A stretch of 64,000 nucleotides of DNA from Mobula hypostoma (lineage: Eukaryota): positions 27,902,001-27,966,000 of the forward strand of contig NC_086097.1 of NCBI RefSeq assembly GCF_963921235.1. The letters run 5' to 3'. This document shows positions 38,173-51,712 of the stretch, piece after piece (within the stretch, counting starts at the first letter, position 1; each line of letters begins with the position of its first letter). Made by a program: the position numbers and the translations under genes. The notes under the pieces are model-generated. The model did no database searches. It saw only the letters and a program-made list of their open reading frames with translations, and was not told the origin of the DNA.

Positions 38173-39674
38173 CAGGTGTCCCCCGCTTTTCAAACGTTCG
38201 CTTTACGAAACCTCACTCTTACGAAAGACCTACATTAGTTACCTGTTTTCGCTAACAGAAGGTGTTTTCACTGTTACGAAAAAAGGCAGCGCGCGAGAAA
38301 AAAAGCAGCGCACTCCCCCGGATTCAGAACTGCATTCTAGCCGGCATTGCTTAAACACGTGCCTGTGAGCAGCCATTTGCAAGATGAGTTCTAAGGTATC
38401 AGAAAAGCCTGAAAGAGCTCGTAAGGGTGTTACACTTAGCATAAAACTAGACATAATTAAGCCTTTTGATCGTGGTGAACGAAGCAAGGACAAAGTGAGC
38501 TTGGCTTGTGGAAGTTGACGAAGATGATGTTGAAGAGGCTTTGGCATCTCATGACCAAGAACTGATAGATGAAGAGCTGATGCAATTGGATTAGGAAAGG
38601 ATAACAATCGAAACTGAATGCAGTAGTGAATGGACCGAAAGTGAAGTCGTCCAGGAACTGAACGTGAAGCAACTGCGTGAGATTTTCGCTGCAATGATAA
38701 AGTACGACTTTAATTTTGAAATGGTACGTTGGTTTAGGGCATATTTGCAGGATGGTTTGAGTGCTTACAAAGAACTGTATGATCTAAAAATGCACGAGGC
38801 TAAGCAGTCAAGCAAGCCTTCCACATCAGCCACAGCAGACGATGAACCTCGACCTTCGACATCGAGGCAGGCAGACATAGAAGATGACCTGTGTGCCCTG
38901 ATGGAAACAGACGACGAGATGACACCCCAGTGTCCTACCACCCCAACCGCCGGGCCGCAGACATATACCGATCCGCGAAGGATGCAGCGGTGGCTGGGAC
39001 GTACCCAGCACATCTTTAAGAAAAATGCCGAAATAAACAAGCTAATTAATTACGTGCCAGGCGGCACCTAATTAATAATTAGCTTGTTTGTTTCGGCTTT
39101 TTTATTAAAGATGTGCTGGGTGCGTCCCGGCTGCCGCTATACCGCTGCATGCTTCGCGGATCGGTATCGGTTCGCTGCCTGGAGGTTGGGGACCACAGGA
39201 CCACCCCAACCTCTGACGACTCAGCCTAACACACCATCATCAGTGTGCTTTGCATTGTCTTCCCAATTCCGGTAAGTGATACTACACTGTACATACATTA
39301 TTTCTACTTTATATCAGCTGTATATTTTTACATGTTATTTGGTATGATTTGGCAGCTTCATAGCTTAAAGGTTACTGGAGAGCGCTTGGGTGAGATTTTC
39401 GCTACGGAGAACAGTGCGACAATGATTATGGAAAAGTATTTCTACTTTATATAGGCTGTGTATTCATCATATCATTCCTGCTTTTACTATATGTTACTGT
39501 TATTTTAGGTTTTATGTGTTATTTGGTATGATTTGGTAGGGTATTTTTGGGTCTGCGAACGCTCACAAATTTTTCCCATATAAATTAATGGTAATTGCTT
39601 CTTCGTTTTATGACATTCCTGCTTACGAACCGTTTCATAGGAACGCTCTACGTTCGGATGGCGGGGGAAACCTG
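38173..39674 (+). mobile_element. Tigger/pogo-type internally deleted DNA transposon
   Basis: TA|CAGGTGTCCCCCGC...GCGGGGGAAACCTG|TA; N-terminus MSSKVSEKPERARKGVTLSIKLDIIK joined to C-terminal remnants. Confidence 0.9.
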
Positions 39675-40946
39675 TATATTCTAAATGGGGAGAAAATCCA
39701 AAATTCTGAGATGCAAAGGGACTTGGGAGTCCTTGTGCAGAACACCCTAAAGGTCAATTTGCAGGTTGAGTCAGTGGTGAAGAAGGCGAATGCAATATTA
39801 GCATTCATTTCAAGAGGTCTAGAATAGAAGAGCAGGGAGGTGATGCTGAGGCTTTATATGGCACTGATGAGGCCTCATCTTGAGTATCGAACAGTTTTGG
39901 GTTGCTTATCCAGGAAACGATGTGCTGGCATTGGAGAGGGTTCAGAGGAAGTTCACAAGGATGATTGCAGGAATGAAAGGTTATCATATGAGGAATGTTT
40001 GATAGCTCTGGGTCTGTACTTGCTGGAATTTAGAAAGATGCAGGGGGATGTCATTGAAAGCTTTCGAATGCTGAAAGGCATAAACAGAGCAGATGTGGAA
40101 AGGATGTTTCCGATGGTGGGGGAGTCTAGGACAAGAGGGCATAAGCCTCAGGATACAGGAGAGTCCATTTAAAACAGAGATGCACATAAATTTCTTTAGC
40201 CAGAGGATGGTGAATTTGTGGAATTTGTTACCATAGGCAGCTGTGGAGGCCAAGTTGTTGTCTGTATTTAAGGCAGAGCTTGATAGATTCTTGATTGGAC
40301 ATAGCATCAATGGTAATGGGGAGAAGGCCAGGGAGTGGGGCTAAGGAGGGGGGAAAAAAAAGGATCTGCCATGATTGAATGGCACAGCAGACTCAATGGG
40401 CCAAATGGCCCAATTCTGCTCCTGTGTCTTATAGTCTTATAGAACATACTGGGGATAAGTTAAAACAACAAGAGTACATAACCTTCACAATGCATCCTCC
40501 TGACCTAAAAAGCAATTTTCTCTTGACACTATGGCAGAGACTGGAGATCCTGCTACCTCTCAACCCCGAAAACTAGACTGGAAGCATTTACAATGCTGCC
40601 CAAGAAGAAATCTTTTGCCTCAGTCCCTTTAATTACACAGGTCTTTATTGGTTTACTCGTCTCTGCACTGAACTAAGGCTGTAGCCTGCAACTAACAGGC
40701 TCCTAGACCAGCTGCAGTGAGGACTAGCTGCATGGATGTGAACTCTCTTTTGTGAGCTTTAGTTCTGAATGTTAATTGCTTACTTTTTATTGTTTGCACA
40801 ATTTGTTCTTATTTTTGCACATTGGGTATTTGATAGTCTTCTTTTAATGGATTCTATTGAGTTTCTTTATTTTGTGGCCTTTAAGGAGTTGAACCTCAAG
40901 GATGTGTATAGTATATATATTTTGATAATAAATTTACTTTGAACAT

Positions 40947-41655
40947 TAGACATGTCAGAATGGGAATGGGATGTGGAATTAAAACGTGTGGCCACTGGGA
41001 GATCGTTTTGCTGAACACCTACGCTCTGTCTGCCAGAGAAAGCAGGATCTCCCAGTGGCCACACATTTTAATTCCACATCCCATTCCCATTCTGACATGG
41101 CTATCCATGACCTCCTCTACTGTAAAGATGAAGCCACACTCAGGTTGGAGGAACAACACCTTATATTCCGTCTGGGTAGCCTCCAACCTGATGGCATGAA
41201 CATCGACTTCTCTAACTTCCGCTAATGCCCCACCTCCCCGTTGTACTCCATCCGTTATTTATTTTTATACACACATTCTTTCTCTCACTCTCCTTTTTCT
41301 CCCTCTGTCCCTCTGACTATACCCCTTGCCCATCCTCTGGGTTCCCCCCCCCGTCTTTCTCCCCAGACCTCCTGTCCCATGATCCTCTCATATCCCCTTT
41401 GCCAATCACCTGTCCAGCTCTTGGCTCTATCCCTCCCCCTCCTGTCTTCTCCTATCATTTTGAATCTCCCCCTCCCCCTCCTCTTTCAAATCTCTTACTA
41501 ACTCTTCCTTCAGTTAGTCCTGACGAAGAGTCTCGGCCTGAAACGTCGACTGTACCTCTTCCTAGAGATGCTGCCTGGCCTGCTGCGTTCACCAGCAACT
41601 TTGATGTGTGTTGCTTGAATTTCCAGCATCTGCAGAATTCCTGTTGTTTGCGTTT
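40947..41655 (+). mobile_element. Penelope-like element 3' part (GIY-YIG end plus terminus) with inverted 5' segment
   Basis: EHLRSVCQRKQDLPVATHFN...DFSNFR; pyrimidine tract; hammerhead motif. Confidence 0.88.
41516..41551 (+). ncRNA. Minimal type-I hammerhead ribozyme motif (stem II has a mismatch)
   Basis: AGUC-CUGACGA-AGAGUCUCGGCCU-GAAAC-GUC-GACU. Confidence 0.7.
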
Positions 41656-42569
41656 TTAAAACACACTTCTTGAAATTCATTTTCACAAACAGTGACCACA
41701 CTATCCTCAAAATCCACTAAGATCATCTGCTGATAGTTGTCAGATTTATCCTGCTTCCTATTTTTATACTGTTACTGAACATTGCAATCCTTCCCTTTCT
41801 TTGGCACCACTTCCATACTAAAGCATACAAAAATCCACAGCCTAGTATGGAAGTTCCAATGCACAGGAGCACAACAGGCTGCAGAAAATCAGAAAATTAG
41901 CCTGCTCCATCATGGGCAAAACCCTCCCCACCACTGAGACCTTCAAGAGCCAGTGCCCCTCACCAGGATATTCCTTCTTCTTACTACCACCATCATGGAG
42001 GAGGTAAAAGAGCCCAAAGACCCACACAATGACTTAAGAACACCTTCTTCCCCTTTGTGATCAGTTTTCTGAATAGCCCATGAACTACATTATCTCATTA
42101 TTTATTTGTTTTGCACTAATTTTATAATATTGTAATTTTATGTCTCTGCACTGTACTGGAAACTGCAAAACAACAAATTTTATGTCATCTAAGTCAGAGT
42201 TAATAAATCTAATTCTGAAAACTTTGTGGGCAGGTGCTGTTTCCATCCCTCCCTCAGCAACCTAGGATGCAATCATTTAAATCAGGTGACTTTTCAACTG
42301 TTGTGCCTCTTATCTCAATTTACTGTCATATTGGCAGCATCACATTTGTGATGACAAATGCAATTAGAGAGCTTAGTACATGATTCAGTTCCAAAATCTG
42401 CTGCAATCACAAATCATATTAGAAAATCTGTTTAGAGTTAATCAGAAACACAAGGCTGTCAAAGCTATCTATCTACAGATCTGTGAATATTATTGAAAGT
42501 AAACTGTGCTTCCCCAAAGCTGGAGTGTTTTGACTAACCACACAGAGTTCACAGAAACAGAGAAATACA

Positions 42570-42985
42570 ATCACTCAAGATGAGTTTGACGTTCTAGGGG
42601 GTTGCCTATTGGTAGGTCTTCAGGTGGTTGTAGAGGCCAATCCTTGGTCCACATAACCAGGACATTAGGGTGAATTCCCTTACATCTTTGTTTAACACAG
42701 GAAGGCTGCCAGGCAGCCACCACGTGGTCCTTGACAGAGTGGGGTCAGGATCCAGTGGTGAACAACTGGGGACCCTTAACTGTTGAAGCCTTCCTCTGCT
42801 TTCACTGCTATTGTGATGTGTCATCATCTTCCACTAACTCTACGTAAAGTCAGTCTGAGATCTCACCCTTGACCTCGCCATAGTTAACCCTACCAGGAGC
42901 TAAGCACCATATAGCTAAACTCCAGATGGTATCACTCTTGGGATCTCAGGAACTCAGAAGCCTCTCCACCACAAGAATCCTCAGA
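42570..42985 (-). mobile_element. Short bipartite RTE derivative (5'UTR joined to the ORF end and 3' tail)
   Basis: Minus 5' end gtggtggagaggctt...ctcctggtaggg resembles Expander/Rex3 5'UTRs as I recall them; 3' part encodes CGPRIGLYNHLKT, like the RTE C-terminal motif. Confidence 0.6.
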
Positions 42986-43562
42986 GAAGAGAGAAGCTAT
43001 AGGAAAGACAGCAACTATGACTAGCCTGCCTGTTAGAAATGTCAACCATACCCAGTCTTAAATTGTTATTTTCCACAACCCGTTAAGTTAGTTCCTCATT
43101 CTCAAATGCCTTTCCAATGTTCCTTTAAAAATACTGGTGTTCAGCTCAGACATTTTAGTGCTCAGTCCCTTGTTTTTAATAGCTTATATTAATTATTTTG
43201 AATGGAGCCATCGGGGAGGAGCAGAATATAGGCGACATGACTTAGGTTCAGTTCCCACTGCTGTCTGTAAGGAGGTTCTCCCCCCCCATGTTTGCATGGG
43301 TTTCCTCCTGCAGTTCAAAGAGGTACCAGTTGGTAGGTTAATTGGTCATTGTAAATAATTCCATGATTAGGCTAGGTTTAAATCAGGAGATTGCTGGGCA
43401 GTGTGGTTTGAAGAGCCGGAAGGGCCTATTCAACACTGTATTCTAATAAATAAAAGATTGCAAAACTGGCTGATCCAATATTACATGTATTTGTTGGAAA
43501 AAGTACATGAACCACTGGGGTAACGCCTTCTACAAAAGCTATTTTGAGTCAGCTGATCCTGA

Positions 43563-43800
43563 GTCAGAGAGTGGTGAATCTGTGGAATTCTCTGCCACAG
43601 AAAACAGTTGAGGCCAGTTCATTGGCTATATTTAAGAGGGAGTTAGATATGGCCCTTGTGGCTAAAGGGATCAGGGGGTATGGAGAGAAGGCTGGTGCAG
43701 GGTTCTGAGTTGGATGATCACCCATGATCGTACTGAATGGCGGTGCAGGCTCGAAGGGCCGAATGGCCTACTCCTGCACCTATTTTCTTATGTTTCTATT
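43563..43800 (+). mobile_element. Short CR1 3' tail inside Tc1-A
   Basis: gtggtgaatctgtggaattc...ttcttatgtttcta. Confidence 0.8.
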
Positions 43801-43975
43801 TGAGGTATGGGTTGTAGAGGTGTCCTGCCCTATAAAAAAAGGCACACAAAGCCAGGCTACTGACAAATCCTACTCTTCTCAAGAAAGAACTGTTCATGTG
43901 CACCGTGCCTCAATCAAAGCAGCTTTGAAAGGACCTTAGAAGAATTAAAGAGATACAAGAAGCTGGAAAAGGCTA

Positions 43976-46900
43976 CGTAATTGTTGCTTCAGTTAGCGGC
44001 TTAATATAGGGGATGATAAGCATCCGGCCCGGCCAAACTTAAGAAATCTCGTTTGGGTGGATACTGTGCGATGTGTCCCCTGTTACAAATCAGTACCACA
44101 AAATAACAAACAGTACACAATATGCAATTAAATGATTGAGCTTTATAATTCTTAACTTGACTGTACAGTTAGAGAGAATAAAAAAAGATGAAGGGCCCAT
44201 TCTCATGAAACAGTCTAATGCGCAACGTTGGAGCTCACTGATAGGGCCGCTCGTCCACCATCGACCTCCTCCAATCGTCGCTGACCTTCAGGCCCTCGCT
44301 CCAAGTCCACTCTGTCCGAGGTCTACCAACTCTCTCCATTCATGTCTGCTCTCCTCATCTCTCCCCGGCAAAAAGACTGCGAATTCCCGGCTCCCAGACA
44401 CAGAAGAAAGAACAACATCCCACTCATTGGCTAGCATGCCCCGTAATCTCTAGTGATAACCCAAACATTGCTGCTACAGAGAAACCATTACCTCAGCAGT
44501 GGAACATTACAGAGAAGCCATTACATTAGCAGTGAAACCTTACAGCATGTTACATTCTCCCCCACCGAATTCAGTCATGTCCTCATGACGTTGGGATAAT
44601 TCACCAAACCCTTCCTGCAAAACACAAAGTCTAATCCAGCTGCACAAGGCAGTGACATAGCTCCCCAAAATGGTAGGGGACACATTCTGCTCCCCTGGTG
44701 CTACATAGGCCAGCGTATCTGGTGGTCTCCTAATTCTCTGAGACCTCCGCACCCCCTCACCTAACTCTTCAGGTTCAGACACTACTGGGGATACTTCTGG
44801 TCTACCTGGCAAGGCCTCTTCTGACCTATCACTCATGCCCACCTACAACTCGGACTCCTCTGTCCCATGGCCAAGCCCTACTTCCTCCCCTGCAGAGTCC
44901 CGCTGCAACCCAGGCTGCCCACAGATAGCCCACCCCAATGTCACCTGACTCAGTGGGAGAAGGGCTGGGAATCTCTTCCTCAATCAATGGGGAGTTAGCG
45001 AAAGGCGGCATATACCACACATCCAGGTCTTCATCCTCCGAATCAGTATCCCTCTCAGGGGTGCGAACCCTGCAGTCGCCCCACGTTTCCACAGAGTCCT
45101 CTTATTAGGTGTAGGCTCCCAAGTTTGGCTCTGAGTCTACCTGCACCTCTTGTCCCAGGGGCAGCAGAAGGTTCTGATGGAGATTCTTGACAGGCCCATT
45201 CACATCCTCTGGTTTCACCCAGAAAACTGGTAGGTTTGGCATCTGACTCTCCACCACATAGGGCATAGCCACCCAGCAGTCAGCCAACTTATGCTTTCCA
45301 GGTAGCTCCAAATTCCTTATGAGGACTCGGTCTCCCGGCAGGAGTTGGGAGAACCTCACCTTTTGATCGTACCTCCTCTTATTTCCTTGATTCTGCTTGG
45401 CAGCCGCGACCCCTGCTAACTCATAAGCCCCTTTCAGCTCTCTTCTCATATCAGACACATAAAATCTTTGGCAGCAAGTCACTCTCGTCAGTCCCAAGCC
45501 AAAGGTTAATGGGCAACCTCGCCTCGCGCCCAAGTATCAAATAATATGTCGAATACCCAGTAGCTTCATTTCATGTACAGTTGTAACTGTGAACCAGATG
45601 CCCAATATATTGACTCCACTTGCTCTTCTTGCTGATCTCCAGGGTCCCGAGCACGTCTAGCAAGGTCGGAATAAACCTCTCTGGCTGGGGATCACCCTGT
45701 GTGTGACAGAGCATGGTCCTCGACTTCTTGACTCCAAGTATGCCCAGAAATTCATGGATGAGTCTGCTCTCGAAATCCCATCCCTGATCACTATGTATCC
45801 ACCTGGGAAGGCCATAATAGATGGAATACTTCTCCCATAACACTTTTGCCACTGTAGACGCCCTCTGGTCTTTGGTAGAAAAAGCCTGAGCATATCTGGT
45901 ATAGTGGTCCGTGATGACTAAGACATTCACTGTGTTGCTGGCATTTGGTTCTATTGACAGGAAATCCATACACACCAGGTCTAGAGGCCCCACACTCTGC
46001 AAGTGGAACAAGGGTGCTACCTGCGTGGGCAGTGTCTTCTGCTGTATGCATCGAATGCATGAGTTGCAGTAGTCTTTGACCTCCGATTTCATCCGGGGCC
46101 GGTAAAACCGGTCTGAGCAATCCATAGGTCTTTTCCACCTCCAAATGTCCAACTCATCATGAAGTGATTTCAACACAATCCTCCGATACTTTTTGGGCAG
46201 AACCAGCTGGCAATGCCGGGGTTGGTCTGGAGGTGACGTGTCTCAGTATAAGATCTGGTTCTTCAACTCCAACCGAGGCCATTTTTGCAGTAATGGAGAC
46301 ACCAACACACATTTTGTCTTCATCGCCTGAGCCAGGTCTCCCTTTTCGACCACTGCCCAAATGCTCCCAATGCCCAGATCATCTCACTGAGCAGCTGCCA
46401 CTTCCCCAGAACTCAATTCCGGCAGCTGATTTGTCTTCAGAACAGTCAGGTTATAGTAAACTTGGAGAATGGCATCGTCAGAAGCTCCCAATTGATCCAT
46501 CGCTCGACCCTGCCCCTCCTTTCCCTCTGCCTTCATGGTGATGGCAAACTGACACATGGTCTTTACCCCTGGGGCAGGAACGCTCTCCAACTCCTCATCC
46601 TTGACTAGTCCCTCATGCACCCGTCGGGATAAAGCATCAACATCAATGTTCCTGCTTCCTGGCCGGTACTTCAGGCTGAAATCATAGGCAGACAACGCTG
46701 CCAACCACCGATGGCCTGTGGCATCCAGTTGCGCCGAGGTCAGGATACAAGTTGGGGGGTTGTTGTCCGTCCTCATGTCAAACTTGGCCCCATAGAGGTA
46801 GTCACTCAGCATATCAACCATCGTTTATTTCAACACCAGAAATACCAACTGGTGCATGGGATAGGTTTTCTCGGAGGGTGACAGACTCCAGCTGACAAAC

Positions 46901-49900
46901 ACAACCTGGTGCCCTGATCCTGATACAGGACGCCCCCTAAACTCTCTCGGCTGGCATCCATGTGCAGTACATATGGCAATCGGGGGGTCTGCAAAAGCCA
47001 GTACCGGCGCCTGGGTCAGCAGCCCCTTCAGCGACTGAATGGCCTCTTCACATTTTGCATCTCGCCTCGGTCCAAAGGGCTCCGAGGGGCTAAGATACTC
47101 TCCACCTTCCTGTCCTTCTTTCCCCCTCCTTGTCTTCCCCAAGGGACGGTAACCACACAGGAGCTGGTTCAACAGGTGACTCACTTTCACGTAGCCTTTC
47201 ATGAACCTCCGGTAGCAACCACAGAATCCAAGGAATGAGCAGAGCGCTCACAGTCCGAGGTCTTGGCCACGTGGTGACCGCCTCTATCTTAGCTGGATCT
47301 GTAGCTACTCCATCCCATGAGACTAGGTGTCCAACATAGCTAACAGACATTTGGCAGAACTGGCATTTGTCCAGGGAAAGTTTTAACCCTTCAGCATTCA
47401 GGCAGCCTAGCACCTTCAACAGCCTCACTTCATGTTCTTCCAAGGTGGATCCAAATACGACGAGGTCATCCAGATATACCAACACCTCAGGCAAGTTCAT
47501 ATCCCCCACCGTCTTCTCCATGACCCGCTGGAAGGTTGCAGGAGCTTCCAAGATGCCCTGGGGCATCCTTTTAAACTGGAAAAAAAATCAGAGGGGACAT
47601 ATAAATGCCGCTTTCTCTTTGTCAACCTCACTCATGGGGATCTGGTAATATCCACTCCTCAAGTTCACCACACTGAACCACCCCACACCACTCAGGCAGG
47701 CCAGCGTGTCGTCAATCCTCAGGAAAGTATACTGGTCAGGGATGGTGCGCCTGTTCAGAGTCCTAAAGTCCACAAACATCCATACCTTCCCATTCTTCTT
47801 TCGGGCTACTACTATAAGGGACGCATAGGGGCTTCAGGACTCAGTGATAATCCCAGATTCCTTCAACTTACACAAATGCTGCTGAATGTCCTCCACCTCC
47901 GTAGGGGCCAGTCGCCATGACCATTCTCTGAATGGGGTATCCTCAGTCACCCGGATAGTGTGACGTGTGCTCTTGGAACAACCCACGTCAAACTCATCAG
48001 TGGAGAAGAAATCTTCCAGCTTCAACATCTCTCTACTAGCCCCCTCTTCCAACCCGCAGGAACAGGGGAGTCCCCGAAGTTGAATGGCTTGTCTCATAGG
48101 GACACTAAACATTACCATCATCAGGAACAAATGCGCCAGGGGCATCCCCCGCTTGAAGGTGACCTCCCTCCGTCTAGTGTTCCTGGCAATCACTGCCATC
48201 CTGTTTACTAGGGGCTTCTGCAATTCCGGCTTCACCAGTAACACAGCAGGAAATCCCAACTCCCCCTCAAGGTCTTCCGGAGCGTCCACTAAGATGGCCT
48301 CGCCCTCAGGCGCTCTGGGAAATTTGGGTGACCCCATCACTCTTGCTACTTCCCTGGGCCATACTACCATTGGCTTCAATTCGGTGAACCCACACAGTCC
48401 CGCATCTAAATTCGGTATCCGGCCTAATGCAGCCACGCACTTCCTCAAAAGCAGCTCGGAACACTGGCTGCACGGACAATGTTCCCAGAAAGCTCTCATC
48501 AGCCTTCTCCTTGCAGGCCCTCATGAGCCTCCTCACAAGAGGGGGGCTGGTCCCCACCGGAACTGAAACCCCACTCTTCTCAACAGGGTCCGCACAAACC
48601 AGCACCAATGTATCAAGGACCTCAGACACTGCCACATTGCCCTCCGAGAACTCCAACTTCACTGACAAATAACCATCATATGGATAATCACTAGCTCTAA
48701 GTCCACAGATCTCTAATGCCCTGAAAGGGGTCAAGGGTAAATGCTTCAGATACCGGTTGAAAAATTAATGGTACAACAATGTGACCTGCGACCCGGTGCC
48801 AAGTATGGCTTTAGCATAAATACCCTTTATCCATAGCGACACACTGAAGTATCGTCCCACTAAGCCTTCAGGAATTGGGCCCTTCACTTTTGGAGGTTCC
48901 TTAGTACATTGCTAGAAATGTGTTCCCCCAGCGACACCAAGCCGTTTCCTCACTGGGTCTCCTCTAAGTTTTTCCAACAACTCTCCCTGCTTAGGTACTT
49001 GGGGGCTCACTCTCCTTCTGGCGTGACACCTGCTGCCAGCAGCCCTCCGCCTTGTTCATCCCCTTGGGGGATCTGCCCCCCCCCAGTCAGCTCCATCATA
49101 TGGGGGGGGGCGTCCACACCCGCTGATAACAGCCAACATATCTCTGTTTTTAACTTTGCCACAATTTCCTCCACCGCTCCTCGGGGCAGGTTATCCTTGG
49201 TCACTTCACCGCAGGGGACCACTACTGAGGACTGTACCCTGCTGACGGAGGCCTCCCACACCTCCAACGCGTTCTCCTTTTCCTGTACCTCTCTGATCAA
49301 CTCAACCAAGATGGAGGGGGGCGCGTCTTACGAGACTGTCGGAAACCCAAGCAATCAGGTCATGAGGCTGGGCACCCCTGACTATCTGGTCCATTCTTAA
49401 CTGATCCACTTCAGCTGCCTGAATGACCCTCTGTGCTGCAAGCAATTTAGCTGACTCTCCAGCTAAAATATAAAAGCAAAAAGCTTCTCCCCCTTCTCCT
49501 AACGCATGTTCTGAAACCCCACCATGAGCTCCATTGGGCTTCCTGTCGGGCCAAAAGCATTGTCCAGTGTTTGCGTTTAATTGACAGCTGTCGCTACGCG
49601 ACACATTAACCCGACGGCTCTCACAACGTCAGCAGTCCGCCCATTCAAACTTCCAACCAATTTCTTCGCTTTATGTCATCAGAGCACTGCTATTCATCTA
49701 ACAACTGAGAGGTGTGCTCCGCCCATACCTCATACTCCTCTTCCCCTTTCGGGGTGGGCGTAATTCCAGAGAATAGGCGGCGCCTACCATAGCTGGGAGG
49801 TTGAACCTGATTTTTCCATTTATTCGCCAGAGAGGTAAGGGTGGATACTAACCCAGAATTCTCACTCTCCCCTGGGGGACACGGGGTAATTAGACATTCC

Positions 49901-50748
49901 AAATCTGACCACTCCTTCCCTTCACTCCTCAGAAACGATAAAACCCTGTCTTTGAAATCTCTTTCCCCAGCTACTGCGACATCAGTGTTGGTCTGCATTA
50001 AAATGAGAGCTGTGCCAGCCATTTTATCAAACCTCCACCCACAATCACAACTTTAACACTACTTAACAAGCGAATTAACAATTCATCTGGCGTACGAATA
50101 TCTACCCCACTCAGGATAATCACACAACATCCAACAGAATCAATCCCGAATGTAGCCCCCACAATTGTAATTCTCGCTTCAATTAGCGGCTTAATATAGG
50201 GGATGATAGTCCCCTGGCCCGGCCAAACTTAACAAATCTCGTTTGGGTGGATGCTGCGCAATGCGTCCCCTGTTCCAAATCAGTACCATGAAATAAAAAA
50301 CAGTACACAATATGTGAATAAACGATTCAGCTTTATCATCCTTAATTTGACTATACGGTTAGTAAAGAAAGCAAAAAAAGAAAAAGGGCCCATTCTCATG
50401 AAACAGTCTGATGCGCAATGTTGGAAATCACTGATATGGTTGTTCGTCCACCACCAACCTCCTCCGTTCGTCGCTGACCTCTGGACCTTCGCTCCAAGTC
50501 CACTCAGTCCGAGGTCTACCAACTCTCTCTATTCACGTCTTCTCTCCTCATCTCTCCACAGCAAAAAAGACCGCAGATTCCTGGCTCCCAGACACACAGG
50601 AAAGAACAACATGCCGCTCATTGGCTAGCATGCCCCATTATCTATAGTGATAACCCAAACATTGCTGCTACAGAGAAACTATTACCTCAGCAGTGGAACA
50701 TTACAAAGAAGCCATTACATTAGCAATGAAACCTTACAGCGTGTTACA
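43976..50748 (-). mobile_element. Full-length decayed Gypsy/Ty3 LTR retrotransposon (PNMA-like gag, protease, RT, RNase H, integrase)
   Basis: LTRs 50166-50748 and 43976-44554; TSD GCTA (43972-43975, 50749-50752); PPT ggtgggggagaa next to the 3' LTR; RT YLDD, RNase H TDNNP, integrase CMDFL...IHSDQG; RT-RH-IN order; many stops and frameshifts. Confidence 0.95.
50143..50161 (-). promoter_or_regulatory. Primer-binding site, tRNA-Pro-like
   Basis: TGGGGGCTACATTCGGGAT just inside the 5' LTR versus canonical Pro PBS TGGGGGCTCGTCCGGGAT. Confidence 0.75.
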
Positions 50749-51712
50749 GCTACAAAAGCATTTCTAAAATCCTGAGTGATCATCAGTCCACAGTAAGAGA
50801 AATTGTCTACAGATAGAGAAAACTCAGTACGGTTGCTACTCTCCCGAGGAGTGGGTATCCTGCAAAGGTCACACCAAAAGCACAACATGCCATGCTGAAG
50901 GAGGTGAAAAAAAACCCAAGGGCAACAGCAAAAAACCTGCAGAAATTTCGAGAAGTTGCTAAAGTCTCTGTTAATGTGTTCACTAAAAGAAAGACTCTGA
51001 ACAAGAATGGTGTTCCTGGAAGGACACCATGGAAGAAACCACTGCTGCATGTCTCAAGTTTGCAACAGACCACCTGGATGTTCTATGATGCTTCTGGAAC
51101 AATGTTCTGTGGATAGAGAGACAAAAGATGAACTTTTTGGCAGAAATGGACATTGCAATGTTTGAAAGAAAATAGGCACTGCACACCAATACCAAAACCA
51201 CATCCCAACTGTGAAGCACGGTAGAAGCATCATGGTTTGGGGGTTGCTTCACTACCTCAAGCCCTAGACAGTTTGAAATCATTGAGGGAACAATGAATTC
51301 AAAACCGTATCAAGACATATTACAGGAGAATGTCAGGGTAGCAGTCCATCACCTGAAGCTTCATAGAAATTGGATAATGCAACAAGACAATGATCTGAAA
51401 GTCAAGAGTAAATCAATACCAGAATGGTTTAAAAAGAAGAACATTCCTGTTTTGAAATGGCCAAGTCAAAGTCTTAACCTTAATCAAATAGAAATGTCAT
51501 GGAAGGACCTGAAGCAATCAGTTTATGCAAGGCAGCCACCCAATATCCCAGAGTTGATACAGTTTTGTAAGGAGGTATGGACTAAGATTCCACCAAGCCG
51601 ATATGCAGCACTGATCAACAGTTCCCAGAAACTTTTGGCTGAAGTTATTGCTGTACAAGGGGGTCACACCAGTTACTGAAAGCAAAGGCTCACATACTTT
51701 TCCAACAAATAC

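Larger units (their letters stand above)
33960..40441 (+). mobile_element. Near full-length decayed CR1 (ORF1 esterase plus ORF2) with internal deletion near 37470, interrupted by Rex1 and Tigger insertions
   Basis: LVRDLEQQLDNL, IIGDSIVRGTDRRFCG, LYLNAHSIRNK, QHSFLKEKS, RPHLEY; cttatagtcttat tail. Confidence 0.9.
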
